From positions 19,406-83,405 of the IMG/VR virus record IMGVR_UViG_3300044617_002200: a DNA stretch of 64,000 nt; one strand, 5' to 3'. Origin of the DNA: a virus. Made by a program: the position numbers and the translations under genes. Every line of letters starts with the position of its first letter. Within the stretch, counting starts at the first letter, position 1. The notes beneath the pieces were generated by a model. The model was given only the letters and a program-made list of their open reading frames with translations, had not been told where the DNA came from and ran no database searches. Shown here piece after piece: positions 30,488-39,076 of this stretch.

Positions 30488-32062
30488 TTATCCTATCCAG
30501 AGCGATTGAGTTTGAGGTAATTGTAATAAAGATGAAGAGCTACCGCTTGTTGAAGAACTGTCTGTTACAGAACTAACGCTAGAAGAAGAACTACTTTTCG
30601 AAGAAGAAGAAGAACTACTTCTCGAAGAAGAGGAAGAACTTCTCGAAGAAGAGGAAGAACTTCTCCTCAAAGGTTGTTCGGAAGACGAGCTTGAAGATTC
30701 ATCGCCAGGAAGATCTCCTCCTGATCCTGAAGAACCATCGAAAAAAGAACTAGACGAAGAACTAGACGAAGAACTAGACGAAGAACTAGACGAAGAACGA
30801 GACGAAGAACGAGACGAAGAACTAGACGAAGAACGAGACGAAGAACTAGATAAAGAGCGAGAAGAAGATCCAAGAAAAGATATCGACGATGGAGCGTTAG
30901 AATCTCCGTCACCTCCTAATATTTCTGGTGTCACGCAATCTCCACCACAACCAGATTCTGTTTGTAATATCCAAGCAGTTCCAGGGTTATTTGTTTGAAC
31001 TTCTATTTGAAGTTGTCTTATATTAGCAGGAACTTCAATGCATCCAGTAACAGGAGTACCATTAGTAGAAATAAAACCCGTATCTCCTAAAAAAGAAAGA
31101 GAAGACGCTGTTGAAGTTGAAGATGAACCAGCGCAAATACAATTTAACGCTTGGGGATCATCACTTTCAGTACCGACAATTAATAATCTATCCGGAACAG
31201 AAAAAGTCTCAAAGTTTACTTTTATCCATCTTTTCGGGCAACCTTCGCTTTGATTTTTTTGGTTATTAGGAACACCATTTGTAGGAGGATCAAAAGCTTG
31301 ATTCAGATTAATGGGTATTCTTGTGTGTTCTTCTTCGAGATCAATCCCTAAAAAATTTAAATCTTCTATTATTAAATCATCTAATAATGATAATATTTGT
31401 TCTTGGGAAAAAGTACTATTCCCGATTCCAGAAGAGCTTGAATTATTATTGTTTGAGGAGCTACTCCCTCCACTTGAAGAGCTACTGCTTGAAGAGCTAC
31501 TGCTTGAAGAGCTACTGCTTGAAGAGCTACTGCTTGAAGAGCTACTGCTTGAAGAATCTGAAAAGCTACTGCTTGAAGAAGAACCTCTGCCACTACTCGA
31601 AGACGAACGAGAAGAAGAAGATGACGAACGAGAAGAAGAAGATGACGAACGAGAAGAAGAAGATGACGAACGAGATGATGATGATGATGAACGAGAAGAA
31701 GAAGAAGAAGAAGACGAAGAACTAGAAGAAGATGAGCATATATAACAATAAATTTCACAGAGACCCTCTACACCGCCACTAGTTTCTATAGGAGGAGGTA
31801 GAGCATTACAGTCTGGACATCCACTACTACTACTACTACTACTATTAGGACATGAAAAAATAGGTATACACGGAGGCGGGCAAGGAGTTTGTGACTGAAC
31901 AACTAGGTTAGGAGGAGTATTTAAAAAAGATCCTGCCGCTGAATTATAATCTGGGTCTGCAAAAATTCTATTCAAGAAAGAACGCTTTGCGAATTCATAC
32001 TTGGTCGGAAGATTATATACGAAGTCAAGAGCTTCGTCTCTAGTTTGGAATTTATCGAACAT
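30488..32062 (-). CDS. Ser-rich low-complexity protein with Cys clusters and a central beta domain
   Basis: 524 aa; two long poly-Ser tracts; FETFSVPDRL...NNPGTAW domain; GTGTAAATA motif upstream. Confidence 0.7.
   Translation of the reverse strand: MFDKFQTRDEALDFVYNLPTKYEFAKRSFLNRIFADPDYNSAAGSFLNTPPNLVVQSQTPCPPPCIPIFSCPNSSSSSSSGCPDCNALPPPIETSGGVEGLCEIYCYICSSSSSSSSSSSSSSRSSSSSSRSSSSSSRSSSSSSRSSSSSSRSSSSSGRGSSSSSSFSDSSSSSSSSSSSSSSSSSSSSSSSSSSSSGGSSSSNNNNSSSSGIGNSTFSQEQILSLLDDLIIEDLNFLGIDLEEEHTRIPINLNQAFDPPTNGVPNNQKNQSEGCPKRWIKVNFETFSVPDRLLIVGTESDDPQALNCICAGSSSTSTASSLSFLGDTGFISTNGTPVTGCIEVPANIRQLQIEVQTNNPGTAWILQTESGCGGDCVTPEILGGDGDSNAPSSISFLGSSSRSLSSSSSRSSSSSSSRSSSRSSSSSSSSSSSSSSSSSFFDGSSGSGGDLPGDESSSSSSEQPLRRSSSSSSRSSSSSSRSSSSSSSKSSSSSSVSSVTDSSSTSGSSSSLLQLPQTQSLWIG
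30580..30870. repeat. Tandem 12-bp (gacgaagaacta/cga) and 21-bp repeats encoding poly-Ser
   Basis: Directly visible tandem arrays. Confidence 0.9.
31474..31735. repeat. Tandem 15-bp (gaagagctactgctt) and 21-bp (gacgaacgagaagaagaagat) repeats encoding poly-Ser
   Basis: Directly visible tandem arrays. Confidence 0.9.
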
Positions 32063-32148
32063 TTTTCATGTATTTACACTTTTTTTGGCTAGTTTAAAGT
32101 TATTTTATTTTTTTATAAAAAAACTGCATTCATACTATAATATAGTAA

Positions 32149-33195
32149 ATGTTAACAAATTTATATTTTTTCCATTGGCCTTCCGATTTAGGTGGAGCAG
32201 ACACAAGATTAAAAGAATTAATTCAATTATTTAGCTCTAATAAAAACTATAAATTGTACTGCATCCCAAATGACAATTTTAGATTGAAAGAACAACATCA
32301 TGTTGATTTTTTAAAAAAAAATAATGTAGAAATTTTAACTTGGGAAAGTCTGCCCGAAAAAACACATGGCTATGCTATAGCATTTTGTAATTTTCGAATC
32401 TTTACAGAAAAATGGAGATTAGAAAAAATTAAGAGTATAGGTTTAAAATTTCTTTGGTCGAATGATATGATGTGGGTGACTAACGAAGAATTAGCAGTAA
32501 TTGAAAATAATCTTGTAGATGCCCATTTATATACAAGTCAATTTCACCAATTCACTCTAGAAAAAAAATACCCTAAACTAAAGGATGTTAAAAATAGTTT
32601 CATAATACCAAACTACTTTCATCTTGAAAATTATAAAACAAAAAAAATAAAAAAGAAATATCCTAATAAATTTGTAGTAGGAAAGTTAAGCAGAGCCGAT
32701 TTTGGTAAATTTAGCGAAAATTTCCCGCTTTTCTATGAAAAAATGCCTATAAAAAACCCATTATTTAGAGTAATGGGTGTCGATAAAAAAATACTCGAAA
32801 AATATTCTTGGCATTCTTTTGAAAATCAAAAATGGGAATTACTTCCAGAAAATTCTGAAAATTCTATAGATTTTTTATCTCAATTAGATCTTTATGTATT
32901 TAATGCTAATCATAATTATACAGAAAATCAAACACGTGCAATGGTAGAGGCGCTATTATGCGGCGTTCCCGCTATCGCTCCTAATTATGGAAATTTTCCA
33001 AATATAATTTGGCACGGCAAAAATGGTTTTATATATGATTCTATAGAGGAATGTTACGAATATATTAAACTCTTGTCTTCTAATAAAGCTTTATTAAAAT
33101 TTATGAAAACAAACAGTGAAATTTTCGCCAAACAAATTTGGTGCAACAAAGAATTACAAACATTGGAGTGGGAATCTATTTTTAAAAATTTATGA
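32149..33195 (+). CDS. Glycosyltransferase, GT-B fold (GT4-like)
   Basis: GGAD, ENQTRAMVEALLCGVPAIA, IWHGKNGF. Confidence 0.85.
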   Translation: MLTNLYFFHWPSDLGGADTRLKELIQLFSSNKNYKLYCIPNDNFRLKEQHHVDFLKKNNVEILTWESLPEKTHGYAIAFCNFRIFTEKWRLEKIKSIGLKFLWSNDMMWVTNEELAVIENNLVDAHLYTSQFHQFTLEKKYPKLKDVKNSFIIPNYFHLENYKTKKIKKKYPNKFVVGKLSRADFGKFSENFPLFYEKMPIKNPLFRVMGVDKKILEKYSWHSFENQKWELLPENSENSIDFLSQLDLYVFNANHNYTENQTRAMVEALLCGVPAIAPNYGNFPNIIWHGKNGFIYDSIEECYEYIKLLSSNKALLKFMKTNSEIFAKQIWCNKELQTLEWESIFKNL

Positions 33196-33983
33196 AAAAA
33201 TATTGTTATTGGTCAATAGCTTGGGGAGATTATAGCTATATGCTACAATCTTTAGTTAATTCAGCCAGAAGCGTAGGAGTAGAAGAAGATTTTATAACTT
33301 TCAGTGATATACCAATATCTAATTCTATAAATTACGAACTAGATAAAAATATTGAACTAGATCAACTTCAGTTTTTTAAATTTGAATATTTAGTAAAAAA
33401 AATGAAAGAAATGGACTATGAATATTTTATATTTATAGATGCAGATCATTTCTTTTTAAGAAAACCCGAAATGGATTTAAATGAAATAATGCGCAATTCT
33501 CCATGGCATTCTTTTCTAGAAAGTCCTATTAATGGCATTAAAACGCAAAGAAAAGATTGGTGGAGCGTACAGAATAAAATAATGGTTCAGTACATGAAAT
33601 TAATGGGAGTACAATGCGAAGAAATGCGGAATACAAACGGCGGTTTTTGGATTTGTCATAAAAATTTTTGCCAGCAAGCGCATACTCTTGCTTACGAATT
33701 TCATAATAAATTAAAAAACATGGGGCTTATTGTTCCAGAAGAAGTTTCGATTGGTTATCTTTCTCATTTAATGAGTCCCAATGTATCAGATCGTTTCGCA
33801 GAACGGTTTACAAAATACTGGGCAAGCGATTGGACTGGGATTTTTCAAGATAAACTTCCTGAAGATATAGAGTGGGAAAGCACTTCTTATATGACTTTTG
33901 AAAAAATACCGGTTCAACCAGCAATCATTCATGCGATGAGAAGTAAAAAAGCTTTAATAGATAAAAGTAAAATTACTCAATAA
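33192..33983 (+). CDS. Glycosyltransferase, GT-A fold
   Basis: FIFIDADH (DxD), NGGFW, EE motif, IIH. Confidence 0.7.
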   Translation: MKKYCYWSIAWGDYSYMLQSLVNSARSVGVEEDFITFSDIPISNSINYELDKNIELDQLQFFKFEYLVKKMKEMDYEYFIFIDADHFFLRKPEMDLNEIMRNSPWHSFLESPINGIKTQRKDWWSVQNKIMVQYMKLMGVQCEEMRNTNGGFWICHKNFCQQAHTLAYEFHNKLKNMGLIVPEEVSIGYLSHLMSPNVSDRFAERFTKYWASDWTGIFQDKLPEDIEWESTSYMTFEKIPVQPAIIHAMRSKKALIDKSKITQ

Positions 33984-34334
33984 TTATAAATTATCATCGG
34001 CCCACTTCTTAAGGAATGACCTGCTATCATAGCCCGACTGTACAGTAGTAAATAAAGAAACTCCGTTACCTCCTAGAAGAGGTTCTCCGCTATCATCTAA
34101 AATTGATTGGTTAGATGTAATATATGTATTTTCGCCACTAATAAAAGGTTGAATTATTTCTGATATTTCTTCTTTTCTATTCAGTCTTAAAAGAGCTTCT
34201 GCTTTAATAAAGGCTTCAACTTCTTCAATCGAATATTCAGAAAAAAGCATATTCCAAAAATTAACTTTTTCTCCTTCATATTCTGCAACTGAATGAGTTT
34301 TATTTTTTTCATCTATAAATAAATAGTTTATCAT
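33984..34334 (-). CDS. Hypothetical protein (possible fibre assembly chaperone)
   Basis: About 116 aa acidic ORF after a fibre-like gene. Confidence 0.5.
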   Translation of the reverse strand: MINYLFIDEKNKTHSVAEYEGEKVNFWNMLFSEYSIEEVEAFIKAEALLRLNRKEEISEIIQPFISGENTYITSNQSILDDSGEPLLGGNGVSLFTTVQSGYDSRSFLKKWADDNL

Positions 34335-34336
34335 AA

Positions 34337-35995
34337 TTATTCCTCCCAAAGCGAAACATTCCAGTTTGTATCAATTACCCCTCCTCCACATTGGTTCACA
34401 ACTCGAATCGAACCGCCTGTTGTATTAGAAAGAATACCATTCGGAAATTGCAAAGTATGTGGCTGACCACTTTTTAACCGAGTTTTTAATATCTCTAAAC
34501 TAAAAGTTCCTGCTTGATTAAAATATTGAAAAATAAATTGACCGAACAAATCTACAGCAGTACTTCCCTGATACATCCATGAGAATATTATTTGGTTCAA
34601 ACGGATTCGGCGAAAACTAGCAGAGCTAGTATAGATTGTTGCTATAGAATTATTAGCTAAAGAATTCCACTCTCCGGCTAGAGAAATATCCGGCAATCTT
34701 GAGTCAACATAAGTCTCGGAGCTTAAACGATTAACATTTATATTTTTAACAACAAGGCCTACATCAGTACTAAGCATCCCGTCATTTAAATTTCTTAAAG
34801 CAGCACTTAATAATCTACCATTATTTTGAATAACGACCCCAAGAGCAGAATTAGTAGCTGATTGTACAATCAAAGGATTCGAATCGCTTATAGGATTATT
34901 ATTCCTTATAATTTCCGCTTGTGTTTTAAGATTTGATGCTGTAGACTGAGTCGCTATAAGCATACCAGTAACAGGTATATCACTTGCGCGAAGCTGTTGA
35001 TTTGTTATCGGGCCACTTACAGGCTGTGTTGCCTGCCAAAAAACGCCTGAAACCCCAATAGGAGTATCTCTGAGTTGTGTATTAGTAAGCGGGCCAGTAA
35101 CAGCTTGAGATAAAGGGAAAACTACATCAGCATTAACGGATCCTGTAACTATAACCGGATTTGAGTTTGGACTTAAAGCAACAACTAATGATCTATCCGA
35201 AGCTTGAGCATTTTGCCCCGATGGTTTTACAGATACTTCGATACCATCTCTATCAACCAGTTGTATTTTTTTTGGTAATGTAGGACTAATATTTGCACCA
35301 TACACTTGTAAACTAGCAGAACCAGAACCATTACCTACAAGCCTAAGGGATCCGCGTTTTGCTTTAATTAAAATCCATAAAGGGTCCGCATCAGAACCAA
35401 ATACAATATTTCCATTTAGTTCGGGATACTTTTCTCCATTAATCCAATATTCTGTTTCTGAATAATTTGATGAAAAATCAGAAGGATTAGCTGACCATTG
35501 AATTTGTAAAGAGTAAGCTTCTTGAATGCTGCTAGAAGCCTTTAAAGCAACCCATTCATATTCAAAAGAAGAAACCGAAACAGCTGTAGAGGATTGGTTC
35601 CCAAGCGTAGAAAGCGTTCCTAATAAATTTCCTATTTGAATATCTGACGAGAATGTTTTTATGGAAGCTGCATTAAAACTAGGATGAGTATCAAAACTAT
35701 ATTGCTGTATTTGAAATTTATCTCTAAGCGATCTATCATCATAATGTATAGCTAGAATATCAGTAGATTGATGTCCAGCACTAGCGGTATCAAAATTTAA
35801 AGTAAAAACCGTATTACCACCAGAATAAGATCTGTTACTAACCCCTAACCCAGGCTGAGCTAAATTATAAAGAATTGTATTATCCCTAGTTTTATTTATT
35901 ATTAGAGAAAGACCTTCAGTAGATACGTCCTGACCAACAATCGTAACTGTCTTTAAAGTCGGATTAAAAGTATAATTTGTTGCTATTTGTTTCAT
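34337..35995 (-). CDS. Virion structural/fibre-associated protein
   Basis: YTFNPTLKTVT N-terminus; repeated VTGPLTNTQLR / VSGPITNQQLR motifs. Confidence 0.55.
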   Translation of the reverse strand: MKQIATNYTFNPTLKTVTIVGQDVSTEGLSLIINKTRDNTILYNLAQPGLGVSNRSYSGGNTVFTLNFDTASAGHQSTDILAIHYDDRSLRDKFQIQQYSFDTHPSFNAASIKTFSSDIQIGNLLGTLSTLGNQSSTAVSVSSFEYEWVALKASSSIQEAYSLQIQWSANPSDFSSNYSETEYWINGEKYPELNGNIVFGSDADPLWILIKAKRGSLRLVGNGSGSASLQVYGANISPTLPKKIQLVDRDGIEVSVKPSGQNAQASDRSLVVALSPNSNPVIVTGSVNADVVFPLSQAVTGPLTNTQLRDTPIGVSGVFWQATQPVSGPITNQQLRASDIPVTGMLIATQSTASNLKTQAEIIRNNNPISDSNPLIVQSATNSALGVVIQNNGRLLSAALRNLNDGMLSTDVGLVVKNINVNRLSSETYVDSRLPDISLAGEWNSLANNSIATIYTSSASFRRIRLNQIIFSWMYQGSTAVDLFGQFIFQYFNQAGTFSLEILKTRLKSGQPHTLQFPNGILSNTTGGSIRVVNQCGGGVIDTNWNVSLWEE

Positions 35996-35999
35996 ATTA

Positions 36000-38801
36000 T
36001 TATAATGCCAACGCCATCGCGGTTGATATATTTGTTATATTGTTTGTTATATATGTTACACTTTCTACATTTTTATTTGTCCATAAATTGTTTTCAAAAA
36101 CTAAAATCTGGCCAGATTGAGGATTAACAATTTTTACATCATGAAGTTCATCTATTTCATACCCATTTTGCACTTTAACGTACATAATGCCATTATTACC
36201 ATTACTTGGTCTTTCTACTACACCAAGAAATACAGCATGTTGCGGAGCTTGTGGTTTTGTTTTTGTAAGAGTACCATCTCCAGAACCTAACCAAACCATA
36301 TCGCCAGTATCAAATCCGGTTAATATACTTAAATTTTGCAGTTGTCCGTTAGTAAGAATATATCCATCAGCGCCACTAGCGATAGATTGTGCAGCCAAAC
36401 CGAAAGTTCTTGCTGATGTTCCTTCACTGAGATTATTTGCTTTTTTAACTGTTGCTCTATCACCTTGCGCACCAGCAATATAAACAGTTTCTCCTTTAGT
36501 TAAATTTGCTCCGTTGTTTCTTACATAAGCAACCGTAGAAAAACCAAGAGGCACGCGAACATCACTATTCGGTAGTGAACTAGTTAGCACTCCAGTTATA
36601 TCTTGGTCTCCTGATTTAGAAAGAGCATTGATATCATTTGGAGTAATATTTATATTAGCTTGTTTTACTAATGAATTAAAAGTATAACCTCCTAAAACTG
36701 AAACCCAGCCAGTAGCTAAATCCGGGGTCGCGACATCGCTAGAGGATCTAAAGAATAGAGTCTGAAAAGAACTGAGGCCTATTTCCCATCTAGAAGATGT
36801 AGAGTTCCACCCAATTTGGGTTGTGTTTGATAATCCATCTTTTGAATATAAAGGTCTTCCATTTCTAGTTCCTATTATTTTATAAATACCAGCACCAGAG
36901 GACCAACTAATATTTAAAATTAAATTATCAGTATAATAATTCGAACCAATTGAAACAGCGTTAATGTCTTTAGGGTATATTGGATCGTTTCCACCAACAA
37001 AATGAGAATCTGCATGTCTTGTTACGGGTTCAATTAACCATTGATTTTCAAATCTTTCTCCGTAAATAAATCTAGCAGATTGATTAAAATAAAGCGTAGT
37101 AAGCAAACCTTGCTCAACATCGTACGCTGCGAAAGTAGGATATACGCGTAGTTCTCTATACAAATCATTGCTAAAATCAGAAGTCAAAGTGACCTCTACA
37201 AAAGAACCTTTTTCTAAATTTGTTTCTGGTAAAACTAAAAAAGAATGCCCTTCAACATTCATGAAGATATTAGCATAAGTATCTTTATTTTGAATTTGAA
37301 AGACATCTCCGCTACCGAGGTTCGCTCCAGTATAAACGGGAGATAAAGCCACTCTATTATTACCAACAATTATTCTATTATTAAAAGTTTTTATTCCATT
37401 AATAGTTTGATTTCCAGTTATATAAACTAAATCTTGAGAATTTATTTCTGCAGGATTGATTTGAAAATAACTAGATCCGCCCCATCTATATGTTTTTGCG
37501 TCTCCGGTTGTTACATAAATTTTGCCAGCTTCTCCAGAAACCCCAGTAAGAGTGCTATAGTTTGGATATTCTATAACATCATCTACATAACTAGGTAATT
37601 GGCTAGAAGGAATTTTCCCATTTATTAATGATGCTGCATTAGAATCTCTAACAGGTACCTCTTTCTTCCATCGTAAATCTGATCCATTATATAATAATCT
37701 ATAAACTCTGCTTTCGTATTGATTTGTAAAATCATAATAATCCCAATTGTCTACAGTAGTACTATTATAATTTCTTATGTTAAAAGAAACCATACCATTT
37801 ATTTGAGTTCTTATTTCAATTCTATCTCCAAATCTAGCAGTACCACCTGAAAGTATATCTCTAGGCAATGCAATAACAGCTGATGCAAAGGCAAGCGATG
37901 CTGGACTATGATTAACTTCAACAATAGCATTTCTTCCAATATCTGGGCCATTAAAATTTTGGAGTGTAGATGTCAAGGATACTTCTTCATTAGGAGAAGT
38001 TAAGATAGCTGTTTTGTAATATACAGGTAAAGATTCAGATTCCCCAACAAGAGCTATCCCAGTATTATTAACTGTAGGTCTATTTAAAAAATTCCAATTA
38101 TCATATAAGGTATGATTACCACTTTGTCTTAATTCAAAAACCGAGGGTTCACCAGGTGCATTTAAACGCTTTATAGTTAAATTTTGATCATAATTAGCCG
38201 AAGGATCTTGTATAACACCCCATAATCTTTTAAAACCACTAGAATCACCGCTAGCGCCGAAATCGATTCCAATTCTATTATGAGCGCCAGACGGAGAATA
38301 AAGTCTTAATGCTGTATCGTTTTTTATACAATTAATATTTCCATCTTTATCAATATAAAATGGAGTCGTGTCTGGATTATTAGAATCTTCAACCAGAAAT
38401 ACATGACCATTTCCGGTTGTTCTCTGCGTTAACCTTAATACAGGATCCGCAGACTCATTTTCAAATATAACAGAACCACCAGATACATGAAGCTTTGCTT
38501 TTGGATCTGATGTATTTACGCCAACATTTCCATTATCAGAAACAAAAAACGATATATTGCCCGTACCTATTTGTAAAGGATCTAGAAATGTTTTTACCCC
38601 GCTAATGTTTTGATTACCCGTAGTATAAACGATTGTATTAGGTAATTGAATACCATTAGTAGAAGAAACCTCCCCGATTAATAAAACTCCAGTGCCATTT
38701 ACTCTGGGTCTACTGGCGAAATCTTTAATCCCACTTATATTAGACTGGTCACCAGTTGTCGAAACAACTTGGTCTATATGGGCATGTATTTTTGTTGGCA
38801 T
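36000..38801 (-). CDS. Tail fibre-like multidomain protein
   Basis: VYTTGNQNISGVKTF repeats, GNVGVNTSDPKAKLHV, GKIPSSQLPSYVDDVIEY, ELHDVKI...GQILVF. Confidence 0.75.
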   Translation of the reverse strand: MPTKIHAHIDQVVSTTGDQSNISGIKDFASRPRVNGTGVLLIGEVSSTNGIQLPNTIVYTTGNQNISGVKTFLDPLQIGTGNISFFVSDNGNVGVNTSDPKAKLHVSGGSVIFENESADPVLRLTQRTTGNGHVFLVEDSNNPDTTPFYIDKDGNINCIKNDTALRLYSPSGAHNRIGIDFGASGDSSGFKRLWGVIQDPSANYDQNLTIKRLNAPGEPSVFELRQSGNHTLYDNWNFLNRPTVNNTGIALVGESESLPVYYKTAILTSPNEEVSLTSTLQNFNGPDIGRNAIVEVNHSPASLAFASAVIALPRDILSGGTARFGDRIEIRTQINGMVSFNIRNYNSTTVDNWDYYDFTNQYESRVYRLLYNGSDLRWKKEVPVRDSNAASLINGKIPSSQLPSYVDDVIEYPNYSTLTGVSGEAGKIYVTTGDAKTYRWGGSSYFQINPAEINSQDLVYITGNQTINGIKTFNNRIIVGNNRVALSPVYTGANLGSGDVFQIQNKDTYANIFMNVEGHSFLVLPETNLEKGSFVEVTLTSDFSNDLYRELRVYPTFAAYDVEQGLLTTLYFNQSARFIYGERFENQWLIEPVTRHADSHFVGGNDPIYPKDINAVSIGSNYYTDNLILNISWSSGAGIYKIIGTRNGRPLYSKDGLSNTTQIGWNSTSSRWEIGLSSFQTLFFRSSSDVATPDLATGWVSVLGGYTFNSLVKQANINITPNDINALSKSGDQDITGVLTSSLPNSDVRVPLGFSTVAYVRNNGANLTKGETVYIAGAQGDRATVKKANNLSEGTSARTFGLAAQSIASGADGYILTNGQLQNLSILTGFDTGDMVWLGSGDGTLTKTKPQAPQHAVFLGVVERPSNGNNGIMYVKVQNGYEIDELHDVKIVNPQSGQILVFENNLWTNKNVESVTYITNNITNISTAMALAL

Positions 38802-38810
38802 AAAATGATA

Positions 38811-39071
38811 TTACACTATATTTATTTTATTTTCCCATGTTAAACGATTAGACTCTATTTGATTATCTAATTCACTTTCTTCTTCTATCCAATTTAACCT
38901 TTCACAAAATAAAAGATAATCATCTATCTTTTCAATTTCTTTTTGTTCTGGTTTATTGGATTCCTTGTTAAATTCGAATTCTTTGATTTTAAAAACATGA
39001 TCTTTTTCCCAGTAATTAACTCTTACTGTGTTGTCTATATATGCGTCTTTTGTAACAAAAACATTTTTCAT
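38811..39071 (-). CDS. Hypothetical protein (possible fibre chaperone)
   Basis: 86 aa ORF directly after the fibre gene. Confidence 0.55.
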   Translation of the reverse strand: MKNVFVTKDAYIDNTVRVNYWEKDHVFKIKEFEFNKESNKPEQKEIEKIDDYLLFCERLNWIEEESELDNQIESNRLTWENKINIV

Positions 39072-39076
39072 AAATT

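Noticed and set aside
30667-31758. Alternative-frame ORFs (LRLV, EELLL, LQAVA repeats)
   Set aside because: They are shadows of the stop-free tandem repeats encoding poly-Ser
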